64,000 nt of DNA from an uncultured Azospirillum sp. Its GTDB lineage: Bacteria > Pseudomonadota > Alphaproteobacteria > RF32 > CAG-239. Position 1 is the stretch's first letter. Each line of letters starts with the position of its first letter. Below, one piece after another: positions 7,871 to 18,231 of this stretch. The DNA lies in assembly GCA_900538765.1 (NCBI GenBank), contig UQAB01000002.1, positions 82,046-146,045 on the forward strand, written 5' to 3'. The position numbers and the translations under genes were made by a program. Below the pieces are notes generated by a model. It had not been told where the DNA came from. It ran no database searches and saw only the letters and a program-made list of their open reading frames with translations.

Positions 7871-8646
7871 AAAAACGCTATTTTCTGCTGGGCCTGGTTG
7901 CCGTTGCTGCCGGTGCCTATTACTTTACGCCTTCTGTCAGCAGTATCGTTTCCAAACTGGTGCACAAATATGGCAGCGAAGTCACCGGAACCGATGTCAC
8001 GCTTAAGGGCTTGGATTTTTCACTGACTAAGGGCGAAGCCCTTATTGATAAAATCACCGTTGCCAATCCGACCAACTACAAAACGCCGAACATCTTTGAC
8101 TTGAACAAAATTCAGGTCAAAGTCGATTTGAAAAGCCTGACAAGCAACACGATTGTTATCGAGTCGATTGTAGTAGATAAGCCTGAAATCACTTATGAAA
8201 TGCTTTCCCTGACCCAAAATAATATCAAAGAAATTCAAAATAATGTTGAAAATTATCTCAAGAAGTCAGCCAAAGAAGAGCCTAAAGCCGAACAAGCCAA
8301 ACCTCAGGAAGCTAAGGCTGCTTCTGATGAGGAAAAAGCCGGAAGCAAAAAGGTTGTCATCAAAAAACTGACCATTAGCAATGCCAAATTGTCAGCCGCA
8401 GCCATGGGGCAGGAAGTCGCCGTTACGTTGCCGATGATTGAAATGAAGAATATCGGCGAAGGCTCCGAGAAAAAGAGCATTCCGCAGGTTATTGCCATGG
8501 TTATCAACAAAATCCTGACCGTCGCTTCTCAGACCGTTGTTAACAGCAAGTTAAGCAATTTAGAAAATGTTGCCAAAGAAAACCTCAAGGGAGTTGTCGG
8601 TAATGTAAAAGACCGCGTCAAGGAACTGGGGATTTTTGGCAAATAA
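7867..8646 (+). CDS. Membrane-anchored hypothetical protein with Lys/Glu/Ala-rich linker
   Basis: 259 aa with an N-terminal TM/signal anchor. ATGA overlap with the HD gene. Loosely AsmA/DUF748-like N-terminus; not verified. Confidence 0.4.
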   Translation: MKKRYFLLGLVAVAAGAYYFTPSVSSIVSKLVHKYGSEVTGTDVTLKGLDFSLTKGEALIDKITVANPTNYKTPNIFDLNKIQVKVDLKSLTSNTIVIESIVVDKPEITYEMLSLTQNNIKEIQNNVENYLKKSAKEEPKAEQAKPQEAKAASDEEKAGSKKVVIKKLTISNAKLSAAAMGQEVAVTLPMIEMKNIGEGSEKKSIPQVIAMVINKILTVASQTVVNSKLSNLENVAKENLKGVVGNVKDRVKELGIFGK

Positions 8647-8665
8647 GCCGGCTGCCCAATTAAAT

Positions 8666-8702
8666 AAAAAAAACTCTGAACTGATGTTCAGAGTTTTTTT
8701 TA
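8666..8702. terminator. Bidirectional intrinsic terminator
   Basis: Stem AAACTCTGAAC/GTTCAGAGTTT flanked by an A-run and a T-run, between convergent genes. Confidence 0.8.
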
Positions 8703-8703
8703 T

Positions 8704-10314
8704 TTAACGCAGTTTGTCTTTAATGACACCGGGTGTCAGCAGTTGTGGCAGAACCTGCATTTTTTCGCCGTCATAATAAACATAAAGCGGAATACTGCTG
8801 CGTCCGTAATATTCGAGCGCTTGCGTAATCTCGGCATCCCGGTTGGTCCAGTCGGCCTTGAACAGCAGAATATTTTTCTCACGGACAATCTCTGCAAATT
8901 CGGCGGTATCCAAAGCTGCTTTTTCGTTAGCCAGACAAATCAGACACCATTTGGCCGTAAAATCAATAAAGACTTTCTGCCCGTTATTGACCGCCTCAGA
9001 CACTTTTCCTGCATCATAAGCATGCCAGACAGCACCGTATTCATTAACCGCCGGACGAGCCGCGAGCTGACTGTACAATACCCACCCCAGCCAAACGCAA
9101 GTCAAAAAAACGGGAATAACAAAAATCCGTTTCAGCGTCACCATCCATTTTCCCGGTTTAGGCAGTATTCCGGCCAAAAGTTTTGGGAAAAAGCCCAGGA
9201 TTAAAAACGGAAAAGCATACCCCAGCCCAAGAGTTAGAAAAATCGGATAATAGTAATAAACAGGCCGGGTCAGGGCATAGCCAATAGCAATTCCCATAAA
9301 CGGTGCCGTGCAGGGTGTGGCAATCACCACCGAAAAGACGCCGGTCAGAAAAGAACTGAACCTGCGCGCTTTGACTGACAGCCGCACCATTGGGTCGGTA
9401 AACGGATTGTTGACCTTTATCAAATCAAGAAACATAAATAAAATGACAACAAATATCCCGAGCAACACCGCGACAAAAAGCGGAGATTGCAGCTGAAACC
9501 CCCAACCAGCTTTTTCTCCGCTCTGCCGCAGCCAGGCCAGTACAAATGCCGTCAAAAGGAAAGAGAGCAAAACGCCGGCCGTGTAGAGCAGGGCGTCAGC
9601 ACGGGCTTTGCGGCTCCGCTTGGCGCCTTTGACCAAAGCAATGGCCTTAAGCGACAGAACCGGAAAAATGCACGGCATCAGATTAAGGATAATGCCACCG
9701 GCAAACGCCAGAAGCAAGACAAACAAAAAGGCCGGTTCGTCTGCCAGTTCGGGAATTTTATCCTCCGTCAGCAGAAAAGTCTTTTCCGCCGCACGCAAAC
9801 TGTCATACCAAGCCTTGTCAGGCGACAGATGCTTTTCCGTAACCGGTAGGGTAAAATTAAACCTGCGGCTTTCCGGACGACATTCTTCCGCACAGGCCTG
9901 CCAGGAAATCTGCACGCTGAACGCCGCTTTGCCCGCAGCGTTTTCCGGCGGCGTAATCCTGGCCAGGTAATAAGCCTTGCCTTCATAAACATATTGGACA
10001 AGCCCGTCATTATTAAATTCCCGAGCTTGACTCCAGCGGCCTTCCTCCAGTTTGTAACCGGCAGGCAGCGTCCAGTCTATATTGGTCGGCAGGCCTATAT
10101 CTCCGCCCGCCGGAGATAAAATATGCCAGCCCCTGTCAATGTCAAATTCCGCCAAAACCAGAATATCCTGCCTGGCGTTGATTCGGTCGGTGTTTGTCTG
10201 TAAGCGCACCGTAACGGCCGGTGTCTCTTGCGCCAAAGACAAAGCCGCCGCTTCCGCCGTATAAAAAAAGACGGCGGACAGCAACAGGCAGAAATATTCA
10301 AACAGGCGGCGCAT
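8704..10314 (-). CDS. dsbD: Thiol:disulfide interchange protein, DsbD/ScsB family
   Basis: 536 aa. Periplasmic N-domain, membrane core with PCIFPVL and TPCTAPF cysteines, C-terminal thioredoxin fold with WCLIC. Confidence 0.8.
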   Translation of the reverse strand: MRRLFEYFCLLLSAVFFYTAEAAALSLAQETPAVTVRLQTNTDRINARQDILVLAEFDIDRGWHILSPAGGDIGLPTNIDWTLPAGYKLEEGRWSQAREFNNDGLVQYVYEGKAYYLARITPPENAAGKAAFSVQISWQACAEECRPESRRFNFTLPVTEKHLSPDKAWYDSLRAAEKTFLLTEDKIPELADEPAFLFVLLLAFAGGIILNLMPCIFPVLSLKAIALVKGAKRSRKARADALLYTAGVLLSFLLTAFVLAWLRQSGEKAGWGFQLQSPLFVAVLLGIFVVILFMFLDLIKVNNPFTDPMVRLSVKARRFSSFLTGVFSVVIATPCTAPFMGIAIGYALTRPVYYYYPIFLTLGLGYAFPFLILGFFPKLLAGILPKPGKWMVTLKRIFVIPVFLTCVWLGWVLYSQLAARPAVNEYGAVWHAYDAGKVSEAVNNGQKVFIDFTAKWCLICLANEKAALDTAEFAEIVREKNILLFKADWTNRDAEITQALEYYGRSSIPLYVYYDGEKMQVLPQLLTPGVIKDKLR

Positions 10315-10317
10315 CGC

Positions 10318-11001
10318 TTATTTTTCGGCAATGACAAAGTTATAATAAGCAGCGGCAACAATGCTCAGCGCTTTGACCAGACACAAAATGCCGACGACAA
10401 TGGCAATTTCCATAAACCAGAACGGCATCAGGCACATAACGGCGATAGCGGCAAAGACCTCAACTCCTTGAGCAAAACCGCCGAGATAAAACGGTGACTT
10501 GTCAAAAACAAGCGCTTTTTCGCTGTGGCGGCGGTAAGCGATAACGGCATAAGCCAGCATGGCGCAGGACGATGCCGTAAACGCAAACAGTAAAAATGCG
10601 GCGGCAACGGCATTTTGCGCCGGATAAGCCAGAGCAAAGCCGAAGATGACGCCGGCATAAAAAATATAGTCCAAGGCCGCGTCAAGGAAAATGCCGAACT
10701 CCGTTACTTTATTATAACGGGCAACCGCGCCGTCCAGCATATCGAAAAAGCGGTTGAACGCAATACACAGCAAAGCCCAGCCATACATGTTCAACGCCAG
10801 AAAATTGACGGCAGAAATGCCGATGATAAAGCCAAAAATGGAAACGGCATTGGCGCTCAGTCCGGTCTTTGCGACATATTTTCCCGTAAAATCAACGGCT
10901 TTTCGGATGTTGCCGCGCCATTTTTCACAGGTTTTGTTCATATTTTGCAGAGATTGCTTGATTTTATGAACGGCTGGTTTATTCTTTTGGTTATCAGACA
11001 T
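10318..11001 (-). CDS. CDP-alcohol phosphatidyltransferase family protein
   Basis: Signature D..DG..AR....G..LD...D is present (DMLDGAVARYNKVTEFGIFLDAALD). Polytopic membrane protein. Confidence 0.8.
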   Translation of the reverse strand: MSDNQKNKPAVHKIKQSLQNMNKTCEKWRGNIRKAVDFTGKYVAKTGLSANAVSIFGFIIGISAVNFLALNMYGWALLCIAFNRFFDMLDGAVARYNKVTEFGIFLDAALDYIFYAGVIFGFALAYPAQNAVAAAFLLFAFTASSCAMLAYAVIAYRRHSEKALVFDKSPFYLGGFAQGVEVFAAIAVMCLMPFWFMEIAIVVGILCLVKALSIVAAAYYNFVIAEK

Positions 11002-11114
11002 AGTGAATACCTCTCTGTTACATCTTTTGCTTTTCCGTCAGGTTAAAACATATTTTATTTAAAGTAAAAGCAAGTTGATGAGTTATTAAACATAAAAATG
11101 GGGTTTAGATAAAT

Positions 11115-12179
11115 ATGAGAAAGTTAAAATTTTTTTCAATGAAATCTCTGCGTTTTTTTACCGTTGCGCTGCTTCTGGCGTTTGCCGCCTATTATGCCTT
11201 GGAACATTCTTACCGCGCATATCCCGTTTTTACCGGCAAAACCATGGGGACTTATTATATGGTCAAAATCAATGCGCCGCGTGTTTCACGAAAAGTGCAC
11301 CGCGATATCGTAAAGGTTTTGAAAAAAGTCAACCGTCAGATGTCAGTGTTTGATAAGAATTCCGAAATCAGTAAGATTAATGCCGCGCCGGCTGGAGAGT
11401 GGATAAAACTCTCCCCGGAAATGTCAGAGCTGTTCAAAACCGCTGACCGTATTTATAAGGAGAGCAACGGCAGCTTTGACCCAACTGTTGGCAAACTGGT
11501 CGACCTTTGGGGATTTGGCCCCGAACAGCGGCGCCGGGAACCCTCGGCGGAAGAAATTGCCGCCGTCTTGCCCTCTGTCGGCTTTGACAAATTGGAATTT
11601 ACCGATGATTACACGTTGCTGCGCAAAAAAGCCGGTGATATAACCATCAACCTCTCAGCCATAGCCAAAGGTTACGGCGTTGACCGGGTGGCTAAATTGT
11701 TAAAAAGCATGAATTTCAACGATTTTGTCGTTGATTTGGGTGGCGAAGTCAGAGCTTCCGGTAACAGGGTCGGCGAAACCTCGGGCGGCTGGAGAGTCGG
11801 TGTACAGGAACCGGATGACAGCGGCCGTAATGCCGAAATTTTGCAGTTGGTTGACCTTTCGGCCGCCACTTCAGGAGATTATCGCAATTACCGGGAAGAC
11901 GGCGACGGTCACCGCTATGCCCATACCATTTCTGCCACAACCGGCAAGCCGGTTGAAAACAATCTGGCTTCGGTAACTGTCCTGACCGAAAACTGTATTG
12001 ACGCCGATGCCTATGCTACCGCCGTCATGGCCATGGGGCCGGAGCAGGGGCTGGCTTTCGCCAAAAAGCTGAAACTGCCGCTCATCATGCTCATCCGCAA
12101 TGACAAAGGCGACGTTGATACGCTGACCAGCCCGGCTTTCAAAAAATATATGAAAGTTTTGGCAAATGGAAAGCGTTAG
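11115..12179 (+). CDS. apbE: FAD:protein FMN transferase ApbE
   Basis: 354 aa. ApbE-family motifs (FDPTVG, AIAKGYGVD, TSGDYRNY). Sits directly upstream of rnf, whose D and G subunits need flavinylation. Confidence 0.9.
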   Translation: MRKLKFFSMKSLRFFTVALLLAFAAYYALEHSYRAYPVFTGKTMGTYYMVKINAPRVSRKVHRDIVKVLKKVNRQMSVFDKNSEISKINAAPAGEWIKLSPEMSELFKTADRIYKESNGSFDPTVGKLVDLWGFGPEQRRREPSAEEIAAVLPSVGFDKLEFTDDYTLLRKKAGDITINLSAIAKGYGVDRVAKLLKSMNFNDFVVDLGGEVRASGNRVGETSGGWRVGVQEPDDSGRNAEILQLVDLSAATSGDYRNYREDGDGHRYAHTISATTGKPVENNLASVTVLTENCIDADAYATAVMAMGPEQGLAFAKKLKLPLIMLIRNDKGDVDTLTSPAFKKYMKVLANGKR

Positions 12180-12585
12180 CCGCGAAGCAGAGGTTATTGC
12201 TGCCGGAGATAACAGTGTGACCGTGCGCTACTTTTGTCCGGACGCCTGCGGACATTGCCCGATAAAGGAAAAATGCCTGTCACAGCCGGGAATGAACCGG
12301 GAGGCACAAATATCCCTGCCGCCGGGAAAGCATTTTGCCGTCGGCGACCGGGTCACAATCAGCGCTCCCGCCTCTGCCGGCTGGCTGGCAGTCTTTTTGG
12401 CCTATATTTTGCCGTTACTTCTGTTTCTGGCAATCTTGCTTTCCGCCGCACTTCTGCGTACGGATGAAACATTTGCCGCTTTGTCCGCGCTTGCCGTTCT
12501 GCCGTCTTATTATGGGGTATTGTGGCTGTACCGGAAACGAATGAGCCCTCTCTTAGGGTTGAAAATCCATAAAATTGGGGAGTAA
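12166..12585 (+). CDS. rseC: RseC/MucC-family (SoxR-reducing system) membrane protein
   Basis: 139 aa. N-terminal Cys cluster CPDACGHCPIKEKC followed by two TM helices. Overlaps the apbE stop and precedes rnfB. Confidence 0.7.
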   Translation: MESVSREAEVIAAGDNSVTVRYFCPDACGHCPIKEKCLSQPGMNREAQISLPPGKHFAVGDRVTISAPASAGWLAVFLAYILPLLLFLAILLSAALLRTDETFAALSALAVLPSYYGVLWLYRKRMSPLLGLKIHKIGE

Positions 12586-12667
12586 ACTCAAAATTTTCTT
12601 GGTAAATCTGATTTATATGCTAGCTTATTTTTGAGTTTTTTTCATGATTTTGCATTAAGGAGCGGAA

Positions 12668-13495
12668 ATGAATGTAATTTTGCTGAACGTCCTGATTGTC
12701 GGCGCAGTTGCCTTGGCGGCCTCGGTCATTTTATATGCCGTTTCCCGCAAATTTGCCGTTGTTGAAAACCCGCTGGTCAGCAAGGTCGAATCCTGTCTGC
12801 CCGGCGTAAACTGCGGTGCCTGCGGTAAAGCGGGATGTCATGATTTTGCCTCCGCCTGCGTTCGGGCTGACCGTGAAGGCTTTGCCGGGCTGTATTGTAC
12901 GGTCGGCGGCAAAACCGTCATGCAGAAAATCGCTGCTCTGCTGGGCTATGAAGTGGCGGAGCATGAGGCTTTGGTCGCGGTTTTGCGCTGCAACGGCTCT
13001 TGCGAAAACGCGCCGGCAAAATTTGAATACGTCGGCCTGAAAAGCTGCCGCATGGCCGCCCGCATTACTACTTCGCAAAGTGAATGCCCGACCGGCTGTG
13101 TCCGCTTCGGCGATTGTGTCCGTGCCTGTAAGTTTGGTGCGCTCCGTATTTCCGAAGAAACCGGCCTGCCGGTTGTCGATGCAGACAAATGCGTTGCCTG
13201 CGGTGCCTGTGTCAACATCTGTCCTAAGCAGCTTTTTGAGTTGCGCCCCAAAGGCCGGGACAATGCCCGCGTTTATGTTGCCTGCCGCAATACGCAGAAA
13301 GGCGCCGTTGCCCGTAAAAACTGTAAGGCTGCCTGCATTGCCTGCCAGAAATGCGCCAAAATTTGCCCGGACATAAAAATAGAAAACAATTTGTCATACA
13401 TTCCGGCAACAGTCGACGCTGCCAAATACGGCGCGGAACTGGCAAAAGCCTGTCCAACCGGCGCCATTGTCTACACCGGGAAAAAGGAGATTTAA
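12668..13495 (+). CDS. rnfB: Rnf complex subunit B (polyferredoxin)
   Basis: N-terminal TM helix, CGACGKAGC cluster, several CxxCxxCxxxCP ferredoxin motifs. Confidence 0.9.
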   Translation: MNVILLNVLIVGAVALAASVILYAVSRKFAVVENPLVSKVESCLPGVNCGACGKAGCHDFASACVRADREGFAGLYCTVGGKTVMQKIAALLGYEVAEHEALVAVLRCNGSCENAPAKFEYVGLKSCRMAARITTSQSECPTGCVRFGDCVRACKFGALRISEETGLPVVDADKCVACGACVNICPKQLFELRPKGRDNARVYVACRNTQKGAVARKNCKAACIACQKCAKICPDIKIENNLSYIPATVDAAKYGAELAKACPTGAIVYTGKKEI

Positions 13496-13499
13496 AGCA

Positions 13500-14831
13500 A
13501 TGAAAAAATACACTTTTCCGATGGGCGGCATTCATATTGACAAGCATAAACTGACGTCGGGAATGCCGATAATTCCGGCTGGTCTGCCGGAGTTCGTCTA
13601 TATCCCTGTCCGCCAGCATATCGGCGCGCCGGCCAAGGTTCTGGTACAAAAGGGCGACAAAGTCAAAGTCGGGACTCAGCTGGCGGATGCTGACGGCATT
13701 GTTTCCGCCGACATTCATTCTTCCGTTTCCGGTGAGGTTGTTAAAATTGACGAGATAGTCAGCGATTCCGGCTACCCGACACTGATGATTGTTATCAAGG
13801 TTGAGGGCGACGAATGGGAGCCCTCCATAGACCGCAGCCCGGAAGTTGTGAAAGAAATTCCGTTCACACCGCAGGAAATCGTCCAAAAAATTCGCGAAGC
13901 GGGCATTGTCGGTATGGGCGGGGCAGGGTACCCAACCCCGATAAAAACAACGCTTCCCGAAGGCAAGAAGGTTGACTGCCTCATTTTAAACGGCATTGAA
14001 TGTGAAGCCTACCTGACAGCAGACGACCGCCTGATGGTCGAAAAAGCCGAACAGATTATCATCGGTGCCAAAATTATCAACCGTGCGCTCGGCATTCAAA
14101 ACGCGATTATTGCCATTGACGAAAACAAGCCAGAAGCAATTGAAATTATGTCAAACCTCACCCGCCGCTATGTTGGGGTCAATGTTCGTGTCTGCGCCAG
14201 CAAATATCCGCAAGGCGCCGAGAAACAGCTGATTAAAGCCATCACCGGCAGAGAAGTGCCGTCGCGTGGCCTGCCTCTGGATATCGGCTGCATTGTCCAG
14301 AATGTCGGCACTGTCTATGCCGTTTATGAAGCAGTCATGAAAAACAAACCGCTGTTTGAACGTATCATAACCGTTTCCGGCGATGAATGCGCCGACAAAC
14401 CGGCAAACTATCTGGTTAGGGTGGGTACCCCGGCGTCTTATCTGATTAATCGTTCCTGTTCCGATACCTCTAAAATCGGCAAAATTATTTTCGGCGGTGC
14501 TATGATGGGAACCGCAGCCGTCAACCTTGACGCCCCTGTAACCAAACTGACTTCTGGTATACTGCTGCTCAATGACCGCGATGCTGTCAAACCGGCTGAA
14601 ACGGCCTGTATCCGCTGCGGCAAATGTGTCGATGTTTGTCCCATGGGGTTGCGTCCCTTTGCCATAGCCTCCGCCGTCAAAAACAATGACGAACTCAACG
14701 AGCTGCGCCGCCTTCATGCCCTTGACTGTATTGAATGCGGTTCCTGCGCGTTTACCTGTCCGGCCAAAATCCCGCTGCTGGATTACTGCAAACTCGGAAA
14801 AATGGAACTTCGTAAACAAACAAGGTCATAA
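13500..14831 (+). CDS. rnfC: Rnf complex subunit C
   Basis: ATG at 13500 after AAGGAGA. GMGGAGYPT nucleotide-binding motif. CIRCGKCVDVCP and CIECGSCAFTCP clusters. Confidence 0.9.
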   Translation: MKKYTFPMGGIHIDKHKLTSGMPIIPAGLPEFVYIPVRQHIGAPAKVLVQKGDKVKVGTQLADADGIVSADIHSSVSGEVVKIDEIVSDSGYPTLMIVIKVEGDEWEPSIDRSPEVVKEIPFTPQEIVQKIREAGIVGMGGAGYPTPIKTTLPEGKKVDCLILNGIECEAYLTADDRLMVEKAEQIIIGAKIINRALGIQNAIIAIDENKPEAIEIMSNLTRRYVGVNVRVCASKYPQGAEKQLIKAITGREVPSRGLPLDIGCIVQNVGTVYAVYEAVMKNKPLFERIITVSGDECADKPANYLVRVGTPASYLINRSCSDTSKIGKIIFGGAMMGTAAVNLDAPVTKLTSGILLLNDRDAVKPAETACIRCGKCVDVCPMGLRPFAIASAVKNNDELNELRRLHALDCIECGSCAFTCPAKIPLLDYCKLGKMELRKQTRS

Positions 14832-14833
14832 TT

Positions 14834-15811
14834 ATGTTAAAAATATCAACTGCCCCGCATCTTAATTCACCCTTGTCCACCCGTGGCATTATGCTGAACG
14901 TTATCATCGCCATGCTGCCGGTTCTGGCCGTCGGCCTGCTCAGTTTTGGCATGGCCGCACTGCAGGTCGTCGTTACCGCTGTTGCCGGTTGTGTCCTTTG
15001 CGAATATCTTATCAGCCGTTATCTTATGAAGCAGAGTGATGCCGCCGGAGACTTATCAGCCGTTGTAACGGGAATGCTGCTGGCATTCAACCTTCCTGCC
15101 GGAATGCCTGTGTGGATGACTCTGATTGGCTGCTTCATGGCTGTCGGCGTTACCAAAATGGCTTTCGGCGGCATAGGTAAAAACCTGTTCAACCCGGCTC
15201 TGGTCGGCCGCGTCTTTCTGTTTATTTCTTTTCCTGTACAAATGACCCGTTGGCAAAATCCCGACTGGCTGAATTTTATGAACACAGATGTGCAAACCGG
15301 CGCAACTCCGCTCGGCGTTCTCAAACATATTGACGCCGCCACCTCGGCCACGCAAACCAATCTGCCCGGATATTTTGATATGTTTGTCGGCAATACCGGC
15401 GGCTGTATCGGCGAAGTTTCCACGCTGGCATTGCTCTTAGGCCTTGCCTATATGCTGTATAAGCACATTATCACCTGGGAAATCCCTTTTTATTATCTGG
15501 CAACGTTTTTTATCTTGGTTGGCGTCCATTGGCTGCTGACCGATGACATCCGCCTTGACCCGGTAACACACCTGCTGTCCGGCGGGCTGATGCTTGGCGC
15601 GATTTTTATGGCGACGGATTATACGACCTCGCCGATGAGCCGCCGCGGCAAAGTAATTTTCGGAATTGGCTGCGGTGTTCTGACTTATGTTATCCGTATT
15701 TACAGCGTCTATCCTGAAGGTGTGTCCTTCGCGATTTTGATTATGAACGCATTCGTGCCTTTAATTGATATGATAAGCGTTCCGCGTATTTTCGGTGTCA
15801 GGGAGAGATAA
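14834..15811 (+). CDS. rnfD: Rnf complex subunit D
   Basis: Polytopic NqrB/RnfD-like protein with FMATDYTTSP, containing the flavinylated Thr motif. Confidence 0.9.
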   Translation: MLKISTAPHLNSPLSTRGIMLNVIIAMLPVLAVGLLSFGMAALQVVVTAVAGCVLCEYLISRYLMKQSDAAGDLSAVVTGMLLAFNLPAGMPVWMTLIGCFMAVGVTKMAFGGIGKNLFNPALVGRVFLFISFPVQMTRWQNPDWLNFMNTDVQTGATPLGVLKHIDAATSATQTNLPGYFDMFVGNTGGCIGEVSTLALLLGLAYMLYKHIITWEIPFYYLATFFILVGVHWLLTDDIRLDPVTHLLSGGLMLGAIFMATDYTTSPMSRRGKVIFGIGCGVLTYVIRIYSVYPEGVSFAILIMNAFVPLIDMISVPRIFGVRER

Positions 15812-15813
15812 TT

Positions 15814-16407
15814 ATGACAAAACTGTCTTCAAGTCTGAAAAACATGGCGCTGAGCCTGACTGTCGTTTCCGTGCTGGCCGCTTTTGTTCTCGGACTGGTA
15901 CATAATCTGACGGCGGAACCAATTGCCAAAGCCAAGAATCAGGCTGAAGCCGAAGCCATATACAAGGTTGTCGGCATCGTTCCCGAAAATGATCCTTTTG
16001 CAGACAGCACCTATGTCAGCATTAAAGGCAGCCGCGACAAATTGCAGGTTTTTCCGATACGCCAAAACGGGCTGATACGGGCCTTTGCCATAAAAACCAA
16101 CAGCCGAAAGGGCTTTGGCGGCAATATTGAACTTATGGTCGGCATCACCATTAACGGCTACATCCTCGGTTATGAAGTTCTTAAAAGTCAGGAAACGCCG
16201 GGATTGGGCACAAAGGTCTCCGAAGAAAAGTTCAAGTCGCAGTTTGACGGAATGCGGCCGGAGGGAGAAATAAAAGTTAAACAGGACGGCGGCGACATTG
16301 ATGCCGTCACCGCAGCGACAATCAGTTCGCGCGCCGTAGCGGAAGCAGTACAGAATGCTTACGGCGCTTATCAGAAACTCAGCAGCAGAGGAGGGCATAA
16401 TGAATAA
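15814..16407 (+). CDS. rnfG: Rnf complex subunit G
   Basis: N-terminal anchor and FMN-binding motif [10 protein letters not shown]. Confidence 0.9.
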   Translation: MTKLSSSLKNMALSLTVVSVLAAFVLGLVHNLTAEPIAKAKNQAEAEAIYKVVGIVPENDPFADSTYVSIKGSRDKLQVFPIRQNGLIRAFAIKTNSRKGFGGNIELMVGITINGYILGYEVLKSQETPGLGTKVSEEKFKSQFDGMRPEGEIKVKQDGGDIDAVTAATISSRAVAEAVQNAYGAYQKLSSRGGHNE

Positions 16408-16996
16408 AACCAGCCTTGATAATCTGACCCGCGGTCTTGTCCGCGAAAATCCGACTTTTGTCATGCTTCTAGGTATGTGTCCCACGCTCGGCGTGACCAC
16501 TTCGGCTTTAAACGGCTTAGGCATGGGACTGGCAACGCTGTTTGTGCTGATATTGTCCAACGCCGCCATTTCTCTGACGAAAAACCTTATTCCTGACGGC
16601 GTGCGCATTCCTGCTTTCATTGTCATCATTGCCTCTTTTGTCACCGTTATTGAAATGCTGATGGCGGCTTACCTCCCGGCGCTGCACCGCGCGTTAGGCA
16701 TTTACATTCCTCTGATTGTCGTCAACTGTATCATTTTGGGAAGAGCAGAGGCTTTCGCTTCCAAGAACAACCTGGGACAGTCGGTTCTGGATGCTGTCGG
16801 TATGGGGCTGGGCTTTACTTTTGCCCTGTTTTTGCTCGGGGCTTTGCGTGAGCTCCTCGGTGCCGGAAGCATTTTCGGATACAGCCTGTTCGGGGAAGGG
16901 GCTGAAACCATGCTCCTTTTCATCATGCCACCCGGAGCGTTCCTTGCTCTCGGATTCCTGATTATGATTTTCAACAAACTGCGGGGAGCAAACTGA
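16400..16996 (+). CDS. rnfE: Rnf complex subunit E
   Basis: ATG at 16400 overlaps the rnfG stop by 8 nt. NqrD/RnfE-type sequence ([17 protein letters not shown]). Confidence 0.9.
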   Translation: MNKTSLDNLTRGLVRENPTFVMLLGMCPTLGVTTSALNGLGMGLATLFVLILSNAAISLTKNLIPDGVRIPAFIVIIASFVTVIEMLMAAYLPALHRALGIYIPLIVVNCIILGRAEAFASKNNLGQSVLDAVGMGLGFTFALFLLGALRELLGAGSIFGYSLFGEGAETMLLFIMPPGAFLALGFLIMIFNKLRGAN

Positions 16997-16997
16997 T

Positions 16998-17573
16998 ATG
17001 AGTTACACAATGATCTTCATTGCCGCCATTTTTGTAAACAACATTGTCCTGTCGCAGTTTCTGGGCATTTGCCCGTTTCTTGGTGTATCAAAAAAAATAT
17101 CCACGTCTTTTGGCATGGGTTTCGCCGTCATGTTTGTCATGACGATTTCCGCTGTAGCAACCTGGCTGATTTATTACCGGCTGCTGGCACCAAACGGCTT
17201 GGAATATATGATAACCGTTGTTTTCATTTTGGTTATTGCCGCCTTGGTGCAAATGGTCGAAATTATCATGAAAAAGGCTTCTCCGGCACTGTATCAGGCT
17301 CTGGGCATATTCCTGCCGCTGATTACGACCAATTGCGCGGTGTTGGGCGTGGCTTTGCTGTCGGTACAAAAGGAACTCAGCCTGATGCAGTCCGTCTGCT
17401 ATGGACTGGCCAACGCCATGGGCTTTACGCTGGCAATCGTCGTTTTTGCCGGCCTGCGGGAACGTTTGAGCCGTACCCGCATTCCCAAAGCCCTGCAGGG
17501 AACACCGATAGCCCTGATTACGGCCGGTTTGCTTTCCATGGCCTTTATGGGCTTTTCCGGTATCGGCAACTAA
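16998..17573 (+). CDS. rnfA: Rnf complex subunit A
   Basis: NqrE/RnfA-type protein (NNIVLSQFLGICPFLGVS, LITTNCAVLG). Confidence 0.9.
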   Translation: MSYTMIFIAAIFVNNIVLSQFLGICPFLGVSKKISTSFGMGFAVMFVMTISAVATWLIYYRLLAPNGLEYMITVVFILVIAALVQMVEIIMKKASPALYQALGIFLPLITTNCAVLGVALLSVQKELSLMQSVCYGLANAMGFTLAIVVFAGLRERLSRTRIPKALQGTPIALITAGLLSMAFMGFSGIGN

Positions 17574-17632
17574 ACACTCCGAAGCGGAAGTTATTGCTGC
17601 TTCATGCAACAATAATTTCAGAGATAAAGAAA

Positions 17633-17662
17633 CACCCGGAAATTAAAAAAAACTTCCGGGTG
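17633..17662 (-). terminator. Hairpin terminator downstream of the XRE regulator gene
   Basis: 9-bp stem CACCCGGAA/TTCCGGGTG. T-rich tract follows on the minus strand. Confidence 0.5.
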
Positions 17663-17685
17663 AATCCATGGACTATATTATCAAA

Positions 17686-18231
17686 TTAAGGAAGCTGCTT
17701 TTTCTTCCGTTTTCTCTCACGGGAAGGGGCAGTCGCTTTCTCTGTTTCTTCGTCGCTTTCGCTTCTGTCGCTGGGCATCTGGGTTTTAGACATTACAATC
17801 GCCAAATCAAAAAGCTGCCGAGCGGCTTTTCGATTCGGAATTTTATAGTAAGCCTTGACCAAATCAAAAGTTTCCTGACGCTGCATCGGATCGGAACTTT
17901 CTGAAGCGGCTGACGAAGCTTTTCCTGTCAGCAGTGCCTTAGGGCTGCTCTGAGCCGTTTCTTCTTTCATGTCTTTGAAAAAGAAACCAATCTCCACATC
18001 CAGAGCTTTGCTCAAATCCCACAGACGGCTGGCGCTGACACGATTCTGTCCTTGTTCATATTTTTGAACCTGCTGGAACGTAAGACCTAAAATCGCAGCC
18101 AGACGGTTTTGGCTCAAACCGAGAAGCTGTCTGCGGATTTTTATTCTGCTGCCGACGTGGCGGTCAATCGGGTTCGGCTGACCATTTTCCATGCGGCCGC
18201 GGCGTGATCTTGTACTCTTAGTTGTCATCAA
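17686..18231 (-). CDS. XRE-family helix-turn-helix transcriptional regulator
   Basis: HTH_3 core LGLSQNRLAAILGLTFQQVQKYEQGQNRVSASRL, with a basic N-terminus and an acidic/basic tail. Confidence 0.8.
   Translation of the reverse strand: MMTTKSTRSRRGRMENGQPNPIDRHVGSRIKIRRQLLGLSQNRLAAILGLTFQQVQKYEQGQNRVSASRLWDLSKALDVEIGFFFKDMKEETAQSSPKALLTGKASSAASESSDPMQRQETFDLVKAYYKIPNRKAARQLFDLAIVMSKTQMPSDRSESDEETEKATAPSRERKRKKKQLP

Noticed and set aside
15829-16644. 271-aa ORF antisense to rnfG/rnfE. Other long antisense ORFs of the same kind are 13224-13886, 14151-14819, 18786-19592, 27314-28027, 45312-46007 and 59944-60759.
   Set aside because: Each lies opposite a gene with unambiguous family motifs. Their translations are Arg/Gly/His-rich with no motifs and no RBS. 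This is the typical shadow-ORF behaviour of codon-biased genes.
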